NCBI GenBank assembly: GCA_016188575.1
Contig: JACPHN010000012.1
Coordinates: 8,197-72,196 of the forward strand
From: Candidatus Schekmanbacteria bacterium
GTDB taxonomy: Bacteria; CSSED10-310; JACPHN01
Length of the DNA stretch: 64,000 nucleotides
Direction of reading: 5' to 3'
Within the stretch, counting starts at the first letter, position 1; the number at the start of each line of letters is the position of its first letter. A model generated the notes under the pieces. The model ran no database searches and was not told the DNA's origin. It saw nothing but the letters and a program-made list of their open reading frames with translations. Shown in pieces: positions 29,379-37,341 of this stretch. A program made the position numbers and the translations under genes.

Positions 29379-30938
29379 CTACTTGCCTGCGGGCGTGCGC
29401 GTGAATTTCGGTTGGCTGTCGATTTTCAACCGCATGCCGTCGAGCAGCTCACGGTCAGACTGGACGGCGCGCCCTGGATCGACGACAGTCGGAGTAACAA
29501 AAAGCACGACCTCCGACTGCTCCAGTTGCGTCTGCTTTGATCCGAACAGGTAGTTCAACACCGGTATGCGTCCGATACCGGGAAGCCGTGACCATTGCTG
29601 CCGAAGCGTATTGGCGATGACTCCGCCGATGACCAAACTGTCACCTTTCGGAATGTTTACCCGCGTGTCCACGAGCTCCTTCGAGAATAGCGGCAGCTCG
29701 AAAGCGGTAACGGTGCCGATCAGTTGCAGCATCTCGGCCTTGATCTTCAGATCCACGTCGTCCCCGTCATTCACCATCGGTGTCGCCTCGACGACGAAGC
29801 CGAACTCCTTGTATTCGACGGTGTATCCGGAGATGCCGGATCCGGTTACGATGGGGTATTCGCCGCCAGCCACCGTTTCCTTGCCTGTATCACCCGCCTT
29901 GATGACCATGCGCGGGTTGCCGACGATCGTTCCACCGCCATCCTGGACCAGGAGGTTCACGGTCGGAATGAGGTTGGTGATGGTCCCGAAGAACCGGTAG
30001 TACAGCTCGCCCGTCTTCAAATTGCTGAAGAACTTTCCAGGAAGCTCTTCCTGATCGGCGGACGTGTCGGCTTGTTCAAATTCGATCGAGCCGTCGTCCG
30101 GCTTTGCAGAGCCAATCTCTGACGGCCACCTTATTCCGAGTCGGCTCAAGTCTTCGTTGAAGATCTTCATGACCTTCACGTCCAGGTGCACTTGCTTGCC
30201 GGCCTCAAAGCGCGAGCCTTCCTTGACCACGTCGATGGCGGCGATTACGCGATCGGACGTGTAGGTGTTCGCGATGGAAATGGCGCGATCGCGATCGGCT
30301 TCGGAGTTGACACGTCCCTCGAGCAGAATTTTGTCCTTGATGACGCGAGTCTTGAGCTCCTGTCGGCCGATTGCGCGCTCGATCTCCTGGGCCAGGAGGC
30401 GGATCGCCTCCGGGTTGAGCTGGACCTGAAAAAGGATGAGCTCGGGGTTCCCGGATGCATTCTTGCGGACGAACTCGTAGTCCGACTCGGCAAAGACCGC
30501 TCCTTCGACGACCACCCGGTTGCCGGCAACCTTCACGTGGACGCCTTCGACGCCGCGAAAGAGCTCGCCGAGCTCACTGGCAAGCCGATCCAGATTGGCG
30601 ACGACATTGATCTGGATCGTGTCGCGCTTGGTTTGCTTGTTGTCCCACATCACCAGGTTGGTACTGCCAGTGGTCTTGGCGTTGACGAGCACCTCGCGCT
30701 GGTTTTCGGACACTTTGAAGTCCGCGACCTCCGGATCACCGATCGCGATCTGGCCGATCGTGTACGCCAGGCTCAGCGGGCGCGTGGTGCCTTTGATCAT
30801 CGTGATCGTCTCGGGCAGCTTCTCTTGCGCGCCCGCGGCGCCGCCCAGCCACAGCACGGCGCAGACCGCTACCGCAAGATTTGCGATTCCGTTGCGATAC
30901 TTCGGTCGATTCGTCCCATCAGCCAGCATTACAGCCAT
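29379..30938 (-). CDS. cpaC: Tad secretin CpaC/RcpA with BON-like domains
   Basis: Signal peptide, IAIGDPEVAD..GSTNLVMWD N-domain, GGEYPI..EYKEFG, PGIGRIPVLNYLF..VTP secretin core. Confidence 0.92.
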   Translation of the reverse strand: MAVMLADGTNRPKYRNGIANLAVAVCAVLWLGGAAGAQEKLPETITMIKGTTRPLSLAYTIGQIAIGDPEVADFKVSENQREVLVNAKTTGSTNLVMWDNKQTKRDTIQINVVANLDRLASELGELFRGVEGVHVKVAGNRVVVEGAVFAESDYEFVRKNASGNPELILFQVQLNPEAIRLLAQEIERAIGRQELKTRVIKDKILLEGRVNSEADRDRAISIANTYTSDRVIAAIDVVKEGSRFEAGKQVHLDVKVMKIFNEDLSRLGIRWPSEIGSAKPDDGSIEFEQADTSADQEELPGKFFSNLKTGELYYRFFGTITNLIPTVNLLVQDGGGTIVGNPRMVIKAGDTGKETVAGGEYPIVTGSGISGYTVEYKEFGFVVEATPMVNDGDDVDLKIKAEMLQLIGTVTAFELPLFSKELVDTRVNIPKGDSLVIGGVIANTLRQQWSRLPGIGRIPVLNYLFGSKQTQLEQSEVVLFVTPTVVDPGRAVQSDRELLDGMRLKIDSQPKFTRTPAGK

Positions 30939-30998
30939 GACTCCTCCCTCTCGTGTCCGAAACCCAGGCTTCTCTGTATCGCGGCCGTCATCCGGCGG

Positions 30999-31862
30999 CT
31001 AGCGACCGCCGAAGCTCTGCTCGGTGCCGCGGATCTCCTGCCATTGTGGCGCGATGCTCATCCGTGGCGCCAGCTTGCCCTTTCCGAGCAACTTGTTCGT
31101 GGTAATCTGTTCGAGCTTGTATTCTTCTTCGGTCTCGATCTGCGACCGCAGGACGACGGTGATGACGCCGCTGTCCTGAGCAGTGATCAGGCGTCCCGCG
31201 TGCTCGGGCAGGACGGCAAGAGTCAAGTTCTGCGGATACTCTTCCTTTCCCATCCCTTTGCGGCCGCCGACTTCGCCCCGCTTCTCCTGCGCTTCACGTT
31301 CCTCCTCGATCGTCTGCAGTTGCTCAGGGGTAATGGCGGACATGCGGCGCTCGACAGCGAGCACGAGGATGTTCTGGAGAAGCAGCTCCGTCGCGCTTAC
31401 CCGGTCGTCTTCGTCCTTGATCTGAAACGTTCCGAAGATGTCTACGTAGTTTCCGGGGCGCACCAAGCCGGCGACGCCGGTCACGTCATTGACCACCAGG
31501 CTCAGTGCTCGATACCCCGGCGGTACTTTCAGGGCGAGGCCGGTCTCCAAGCCGAAGGAGAACAGCTTGGTCTTTAGAATCTGTTCGCCGCTGAGCATAG
31601 GGGTCGAAGTCACTTGCCCGACCGCTTCCTTTTCAGACTTCAGGGCTCCAGGCTGGATGTATGCGGCCGGAACCTTGATGATCTTCACCATAATGTCATC
31701 GACGCGCTCGTATTGGAGGATGTCACGGGTCGCGACAAGAACGTCTTGCTCCGAGCCTAGCTGCATGTATTCTTTTTCTACCTGGCCGATGTAGCGGTAG
31801 ATTAGCGCCCCCACGATCAGCCCTAGCATGATAGAAATGAGCAGTCCCTGCTTGCTTTTCAT
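30999..31862 (-). CDS. cpaB: Flp pilus assembly protein CpaB/RcpC
   Basis: SAF domain VLVATRDI, PPGYRALSL, GVAGLVRPGNYVDI, LLQNILVLAV. Confidence 0.92.
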   Translation of the reverse strand: MKSKQGLLISIMLGLIVGALIYRYIGQVEKEYMQLGSEQDVLVATRDILQYERVDDIMVKIIKVPAAYIQPGALKSEKEAVGQVTSTPMLSGEQILKTKLFSFGLETGLALKVPPGYRALSLVVNDVTGVAGLVRPGNYVDIFGTFQIKDEDDRVSATELLLQNILVLAVERRMSAITPEQLQTIEEEREAQEKRGEVGGRKGMGKEEYPQNLTLAVLPEHAGRLITAQDSGVITVVLRSQIETEEEYKLEQITTNKLLGKGKLAPRMSIAPQWQEIRGTEQSFGGR

Positions 31863-31960
31863 GTCGCAGCCTCACCTCCCAGGGCCCCGCCATCGAGCTC
31901 GCGAGCAAGGATACCCGGCCGGGCCTTGCGCGGGGTGCATCGCCGTCCAATTTCAACGGC

Positions 31961-31989
31961 AGTTTACCGGCGAAGGTCCGGTAGCGCAA
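31961..31989 (-). promoter_or_regulatory. Possible sigma70 promoter for cpaB-cpaC
   Basis: TTGCGC-N17-TAAACT on the minus strand. Confidence 0.4.
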
Positions 31990-32002
31990 GGGGCCGTATT
32001 CG

Positions 32003-32134
32003 CCTAAATCCGCCGCCAGATCGACTGCAAGTTGAGCGGAAAGCGCATCAAGAAGACTCCCCGCTTCACCCGCACGTGAGGGGAGGGACGCAGGAGCACT
32101 GTCACGTGGACATCGAACTGGCGGTGGATATGGG
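32003..32134 (+). repeat. Dispersed inverted-repeat element, copy C
   Basis: Ends CCTAAATCCGCCGCC / GGCGGTGGATATGGG. Internal similarity to 41788-41925. Confidence 0.75.
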
Positions 32135-32166
32135 CTCGGGTCCTGAGCGCGGGCTGCCAACAACGC

Positions 32167-32205
32167 CAATGCCGGGTCGCGGCGATGCGCTGCTACCCGG
32201 CATTG
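32167..32205 (-). terminator. Long hairpin after the pilin/pseudopilin genes
   Basis: CAATGCCGGGT-C-GCGGCG / CGCTGC-T-ACCCGGCATTG stem. Confidence 0.5.
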
Positions 32206-32229
32206 ATAGATTCGCTATTGGGCGATGGA

Positions 32230-32595
32230 TCAACTGCAGTTTTCGACAGACGTCCTAGGCCAGGGGCGATGCGGTTGATACAACTTGACCGTGCTCGAGA
32301 ATTCGGCGAGCCCTTGGGGCTTGAAAAAGATCCATTTTGCCGTCTTCAGCGTCACGCAGGGTTGATTTTCATCGTCGTCCCAGCCCAGTTGCGGTTCCAC
32401 CATTCGCTCCAGAGCGTCGTTGCGAGCTGCCGAAAACGCGTACGTCTGGTTCCAGTTTCCGATGATGTAGGTAATGAGCAACAGCACGACGGGAATGAAC
32501 ACCAGCATGATGACGAGCAGCACCTCGAGAATGGATTGGCCGCTCTCACCCTTCATTCGCCGCGGGGTCCCGCTCTGCATTTTCACGTTTCGCAT
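32230..32595 (-). CDS. tadE: TadE-like pseudopilin
   Basis: Prepilin motif ESG/QSILEVLLV followed by a hydrophobic helix. Confidence 0.75.
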   Translation of the reverse strand: MRNVKMQSGTPRRMKGESGQSILEVLLVIMLVFIPVVLLLITYIIGNWNQTYAFSAARNDALERMVEPQLGWDDDENQPCVTLKTAKWIFFKPQGLAEFSSTVKLYQPHRPWPRTSVENCS

Positions 32596-32617
32596 GTCAG
32601 GGTCTCCCACCGGTGTC

Positions 32618-33676
32618 CTAGTGCAGGTACTGATGGGCGTCCGGGATACCGTGCCCAAGCGCGTTGGCTACCCGCGGGTAGCCGATCTTGACGAGGTATT
32701 CTTCGTAGTCGTCGCGATCGAAGAAGATGCCGTAGTTCCATGTCGGTCCATAGATGTCCGGTGGCCAGGGACTGCCAGGAGTGAAGAACATGGCGGCATG
32801 AGCTGCGACGATATTCCCCATCGGCAGAGATGCTAGCTCTCCCCATGGAACGAGAGGGTTGGGAGTGAACTGCCAGATGATTGTGCGATCTGGATCGTGC
32901 ACGAGGTAGCCACCGAAGGGCTTGGCAGCCGCGACTGCCTCCATTGGGGGGATACCGTCCGGTGCAATCAGCCTACCGGCAAAAAGCTGCTCGGGCGGAA
33001 TCGGCTTGGAGCGAACGCGCACACCCATTACGGTAACCGTGCGCGTGTCCTTACCGTCGTGCCAGGTCTTGATCTTCGGCAACGAACCGTAGTTGGTGCA
33101 GGGATATTCGACGCCCAGGAAGGAGCATACATCCTGATAGTAATAGTAGAAGTCCGAATCATGCTGCTTCTTGAGGAGCGTGATCTTGTTTTCGAGGCCG
33201 TGCGGCAGGATGATGTCGGGTTCGCCGTCAACGTTGACGTAGTTCTTCTTGACGATCATCTTGACCATGTTCTTTGCCCAAAAAGAGAACATGGCGTTGG
33301 CGCCGCCGGGGCCATCGATATCCTTCATCAGGGTATCAACCTTGGCCTGAAGCTCGCCCGCGTAGCCGATCGCGGCCGGCATCGAAACCGCGACGGGATC
33401 CTCCCAGTGGCTCGCCGACTTGTTGAGATACGTGAAGTACTGCCGCCGAATCTCCTTTTCCTTGCGGATAATCTCGTTGAATCCGAGTGCATGGACCGCG
33501 GCGCCGCTCATCGCCCCAACATCTGCGGCGTTCTGCAGGGCCTCCTTGTGGCTGATAAGAACACCGGTGTTGTAAATCAGGCCAACGAACAGAAAGGCTC
33601 CCAGCACGAGGAAGAGAGCCATCAGGAATGCCTGTCCATGCTCGCGTCCGAGCGGTCTGTGCAAGTTCTCTGGCAT
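32618..33676 (-). CDS. tadG: TadG-like protein
   Basis: HG/QAFLMALF..TM..LQNAADVGAMSGA Tad N-terminal motif. Confidence 0.8.
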   Translation of the reverse strand: MPENLHRPLGREHGQAFLMALFLVLGAFLFVGLIYNTGVLISHKEALQNAADVGAMSGAAVHALGFNEIIRKEKEIRRQYFTYLNKSASHWEDPVAVSMPAAIGYAGELQAKVDTLMKDIDGPGGANAMFSFWAKNMVKMIVKKNYVNVDGEPDIILPHGLENKITLLKKQHDSDFYYYYQDVCSFLGVEYPCTNYGSLPKIKTWHDGKDTRTVTVMGVRVRSKPIPPEQLFAGRLIAPDGIPPMEAVAAAKPFGGYLVHDPDRTIIWQFTPNPLVPWGELASLPMGNIVAAHAAMFFTPGSPWPPDIYGPTWNYGIFFDRDDYEEYLVKIGYPRVANALGHGIPDAHQYLH

Positions 33677-33693
33677 GTGGGCGCTCCTGATTC

Positions 33694-34347
33694 TTAGTAA
33701 TTGTCCGTGAACTCGAGTGGACCGCACTTGCCCCAGATTTCGCATTCTCTCGGGATCCCCAGGCTGAACTGCCCCAGTCCGGGAAGGGCAAAAAACCCTT
33801 CCTCGGGCAGCGGAGCGTAACCGAGAATCATGGTGCGATTGTCGGTCTCGGGGTTCCACGGGACCCAGGGGAACAGCTTTCGGATCAGCCAGGGGAAGAA
33901 GTCGTCGGGGTCCATCAGGTCGAAGGGAATCGACAGCGGTTTCGGGATGAACAGATCCATCTCCCAGTACACCACGACGCCGCCGGACACGAAGGGAATG
34001 CTGTAGTAGATCGCCTTCGCCTCGTATCTCGAGCCGCCGTACGCCTGCGCCATGATGTTCTTGGCGACCTTGGCGTGCTCACCGCTCCAAGAAACGGGCA
34101 GGATCTCGCTGTTGGTAATCACCGTGCGCGCGGACATGAAAGCCGCGTAGTTCGCCATTTGCCAGGCATTCACGATGATCGCGATCTGCGCGATTACGAT
34201 GAACGCGATGAGGATGACAAATGCCGCGATGATGAACTCGATGATCGACGAGCCGCGCTCTCGCCCGGCGCTGTCTGTCTCGCCACGCTGCCCGCGCACT
34301 ACAGTGCGCATTCGCTCCCGTGCTCGCCACATGCCGCTCATCTCCAT
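33694..34347 (-). CDS. tadE: TadE-like pseudopilin
   Basis: RG/SSIIEF..hydrophobic..YAAFMSAR motif. Confidence 0.8.
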   Translation of the reverse strand: MEMSGMWRARERMRTVVRGQRGETDSAGRERGSSIIEFIIAAFVILIAFIVIAQIAIIVNAWQMANYAAFMSARTVITNSEILPVSWSGEHAKVAKNIMAQAYGGSRYEAKAIYYSIPFVSGGVVVYWEMDLFIPKPLSIPFDLMDPDDFFPWLIRKLFPWVPWNPETDNRTMILGYAPLPEEGFFALPGLGQFSLGIPRECEIWGKCGPLEFTDNY

Positions 34348-34365
34348 TGGCGCCTCGCGAGGGCC

Positions 34366-34551
34366 TTAGAAGCCGATCGCGTCGGCGAAGTCGTTGATCT
34401 TTTCCTTGATCTTCTCGAAGATCTCGATCAGCGCGTCGGCGAACACCAGTGCAATGGTGACCATGGTGACGCCGATCATGATGCTCAAAACGATCCATTC
34501 GACTGTGGTTTGCCCGCTCTCGTCCACCGCGAGCCTGCTCAGGTGTTGCAT
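34366..34551 (-). CDS. flp: Flp family pilin
   Basis: 61 aa, DESG/QTTVEW followed by a hydrophobic helix. AAGGGGA RBS. Confidence 0.85.
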   Translation of the reverse strand: MQHLSRLAVDESGQTTVEWIVLSIMIGVTMVTIALVFADALIEIFEKIKEKINDFADAIGF

Positions 34552-34577
34552 GGATGTCCCCTTTCCCCGTCCCCAGG

Positions 34578-34841
34578 TTAGAGCGATTTGTTGTGATAAG
34601 AAGGTTTCTGCACGACTTTGGTGAAGTTGCCGAAAATGCTCGCGCGGCCGGACTCCGGGCATTCGACCTTGTCCGGGCAGGCGATGTCGGCACCGCCGAT
34701 CAGCGTCGCGACGGTCCGCACGATCATGTATCCAATGACGATGCCGACGATGATCAGCAGCACGTAGCTTGCCGTCATCTGGCCGTCATCGTCGCGAAGA
34801 AGGTCCCGCCAGAGTCTTCTTGGGGATGTCATTCCGTTCAC
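34578..34841 (-). CDS. Atypical Flp-like pilin
   Basis: DDDG/QMTASY followed by a hydrophobic helix and a Cys pair. AAAGGAG 8 nt before GTG 34841. Confidence 0.7.
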   Translation of the reverse strand: MNGMTSPRRLWRDLLRDDDGQMTASYVLLIIVGIVIGYMIVRTVATLIGGADIACPDKVECPESGRASIFGNFTKVVQKPSYHNKSL

Positions 34842-34869
34842 GGCTGATACTCCTTTCCGGCTGGGCTTA

Positions 34870-34886
34870 TGCAATCTTCATACCAG
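34870..34886 (-). promoter_or_regulatory. Sigma54 (-24/-12) promoter of the pilin genes
   Basis: CTGGTATGAAGATTGCA with exact GG-N10-GC spacing. Confidence 0.7.
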
Positions 34887-35185
34887 AGCAATCGTCCTCG
34901 CGGATCTGGCGCCGTCGCGCAGGAATAGCGCCGCAGCGCACTTTCCTCTCCTGGCAGGGGGCCGCACTGAAGGGGTTCGCTGGCCGACTGTGGAAGCAGG
35001 TTCACACTCCTCGCCCCGAGGGTGCGCGGCGATGCCCATGAGGCGCAGTCTGCCGTTGGGAACACTTCTTCACAGCAGATGCAGCAGCGTGCATAGCGTC
35101 GGGCCTCGGTCCGCACTGCCGCTGCCCTCGCGCCGCAAACGAGACCGGCAGAACTGCGGCGATACGCATGGCCCATTGACAAAAG

Positions 35186-35568
35186 TACCCCCGGCGCGAC
35201 TCGAACGTGCAACCTGCGGATTAGCATACCCCACCCGGTTTCCCGAGCCACCGCTCGCCGCGGTGTTGGAGTCTGGACTATATCTTCGCCATTCCAGGCG
35301 CGGCGCGTATAGTCTCTGAGGGTCCTTGGTAGTGCCTCTACAGGCCTCGCCCGCGGTTCCCTGCGGATTGCCCATTGTCGCATCCCGAGGTCTTTTTTCA
35401 CCGTCACGTACGCTCGCCACGCGGGCCGCGTTGTGGTGCCTCGGGCTTTAGGGGTTCCCCGCATACTGCGCCGTCCACTTCCACGGTTGGGCCTCGCCAC
35501 AGCGATGCTGGTTCCCGCGGAAGGCTCCTTGTTGAAGTCCGCTGCTCTATCCTTTGAGCTACGGGGGC
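35186..35568 (-). tRNA. tRNA-Arg(UCU), intron-containing (exon 1 35568-35535, exon 2 35224-35186)
   Basis: The joined exons give a 73-nt cloverleaf: acceptor GCCCCCG/CGGGGGT, D arm GCTC/GAGC, anticodon arm GCGGA-CTTCTAA-TCCGC, T loop TTCGAGT. CCA is not encoded. Confidence 0.92.
35225..35534 (-). ncRNA. Group I self-splicing intron, 310 nt, no ORF
   Basis: P1 with U-G at the splice site (CUU|C pairs with GGAG). Elements P TATGCGGGGAA, Q AATCCGCAG, R TCAGAGACTA, S AAGATATAGTC. Terminal omega G. Confidence 0.92.
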
Positions 35569-35580
35569 AGTTCTGTTCTC

Positions 35581-37050
35581 CTATCCTCCGGCCGAGCTTC
35601 CCTTGCCAAGCTCGGTCCGCAAGCGACGAAGCGTCTTCGCGATCACCTCATCCTGCTTGTCCAGATCCTCGATTTTCTTGCACGCGAAGATGACGGTGCT
35701 ATGATCTCTCCCACCGAACTTGCTGCCGATTTCCGTGGTCGAGTCATTGGTAAGCTCGCGCGCCAGATACATGGCAATCTGTCTGGCTTCGGCAACCGGC
35801 TTGGTGCGCCCCCTGGCTCGGAGGTCGCGCGACTTGAGGCTAAAATACTCCGCCACGCGATCGATCACAAGCTCTGTTGTCACCCGCGCCTCCGGTTCGT
35901 TGAGGATGTCGCGCAGCACTTCGCGGACAAAGGGGACGGTGATGCGATTCCCGCGGAAAGCGGCCTGAGCCGCAACGCGGTTGAGACACCCTTCGAGCTC
36001 GCGAACGCTGGACGTCACGCGCTCGGCAATGAAGAGCGCCGCATCGTCGGGCACCTTCACCTTCAGTGACGCCGCTTTCTTGCGGATGATGGCCACCTTG
36101 GTTTCGAGGTCTGGCGGCTGGATGTCGACAATCAGGCCGCACTCGAACCGCGATCGCAGCCGGTGCTCGAGGGTCTTGATGTCCTTGGGCAGGCGGTCGC
36201 TGGTCAATACGATCTGCTTATGGGCGTCATATAGCGTATTGAAGGTATGAAAAAACTCTTCTTGCGTGCGCTCTTTTCCCGCCAGGCCATGGACGTCGTC
36301 GATCATGAGCAGGTCGACCTTGCGGTACCGTTCCCGGAAGCCGGTGACCTGCTGGTTGGTGATCGATTCGATCATTTCTTCCATGAAGCGCTGCGACGGC
36401 ACGTAGCACAGCCTCACTTCGCCGCCGCCGACAGCGGCGCGACTTGCCACCACGTGGCCGATCGCGTGCAACAGATGCGTCTTGCCCAAACCACTGCCGC
36501 CGTAGATGAAGAGCGGGTTATAGCGCCCCGCGGGATGCTCGGCAACGGACAGCGACGCCGCGTGCGCAAATTGGTTTCCCGCCCCCACGACGAAATTGTC
36601 AAACGTGTAGCGGGTACTGAGCGGCATGCCCGTATATTCGCAACTGCCCTGTCGGCCCGCGACGGCGCCTTCCTCGACCAGCGCGGCAAAGAGGGTTTCT
36701 ACTCCCGGGTTTTCCGGGCCACCCTTGGGATCGGCTGCAGCAAGGCGCCGCGTCGTTGGCCGCCGACCTGGCGCAGCGCTCCGGAACGCCGCCTGAGCGG
36801 GAACCGGCTCGGGATGCGCGAAGACGACCGACACCTCCTGCCCGTCATCGCAAACCTCGCGAATGGTCTCCTGGATCAGGTGCGCGTAGAACGTTTTTAG
36901 ATATCGGCCGTGATCAGCATTGGGAACGGACAACACAACGTTGTCACCCATGTGACGTTCCAGGCTAACCGGCGCGAACCATCGCTCGTAACATCTTGAG
37001 GTCACCTTTGCTCGTAGGCCTTCCTGAACGCGCGGCCATAGGTTATCCAT
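35581..37050 (-). CDS. dnaA: Chromosomal replication initiator DnaA
   Basis: YTFDNFVVG, NPLFIYGGSGLGKTH, IDD, QEEFFHTFN, VRELEG, FGGRDHSTV. Confidence 0.97.
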   Translation of the reverse strand: MDNLWPRVQEGLRAKVTSRCYERWFAPVSLERHMGDNVVLSVPNADHGRYLKTFYAHLIQETIREVCDDGQEVSVVFAHPEPVPAQAAFRSAAPGRRPTTRRLAAADPKGGPENPGVETLFAALVEEGAVAGRQGSCEYTGMPLSTRYTFDNFVVGAGNQFAHAASLSVAEHPAGRYNPLFIYGGSGLGKTHLLHAIGHVVASRAAVGGGEVRLCYVPSQRFMEEMIESITNQQVTGFRERYRKVDLLMIDDVHGLAGKERTQEEFFHTFNTLYDAHKQIVLTSDRLPKDIKTLEHRLRSRFECGLIVDIQPPDLETKVAIIRKKAASLKVKVPDDAALFIAERVTSSVRELEGCLNRVAAQAAFRGNRITVPFVREVLRDILNEPEARVTTELVIDRVAEYFSLKSRDLRARGRTKPVAEARQIAMYLARELTNDSTTEIGSKFGGRDHSTVIFACKKIEDLDKQDEVIAKTLRRLRTELGKGSSAGG

Positions 37051-37256
37051 CTGGTAGCCCACCTCAAATGTACACAGCAGCCCGCGGGCACAAACCACCT
37101 ATCAGGACCGGGAGACTGGTAGGAGAACTATCACGAGGTCCTTGAGAAGCGCTCTATGGGCGACCCCCAATCGCCATCTTTCTCCTACGGACCTCTTGAT
37201 CTGTTGTGTAGCGGACCATAGCTGCTCTCGAAGTATCCCCAACAACCGACAACAGG

Positions 37257-37285
37257 AAAGTACCAGGGCACCGTCCGGGTGTCAA
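37257..37285 (-). promoter_or_regulatory. Sigma70 promoter of dnaA
   Basis: TTGACA-N17 (ending TGG)-TACTTT, about 200 nt upstream of the start. Confidence 0.6.
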
Positions 37286-37341
37286 GTCGTGAGCCATCGA
37301 CAGCTAGATTTCGGCACCCGCCGCTGCCGGCCGTCGGCGGC

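Noticed and set aside
34838-35557. ORFs 34838-35500, 34990-35319, 35070-35420 and 35375-35557 as proteins or a homing endonuclease
   Set aside because: They overlap the tRNA and ribozyme core and have no LAGLIDADG, HNH or GIY-YIG motif.
37051-37341. oriC upstream of dnaA
   Set aside because: No cluster of DnaA boxes or AT-rich unwinding region could be seen.
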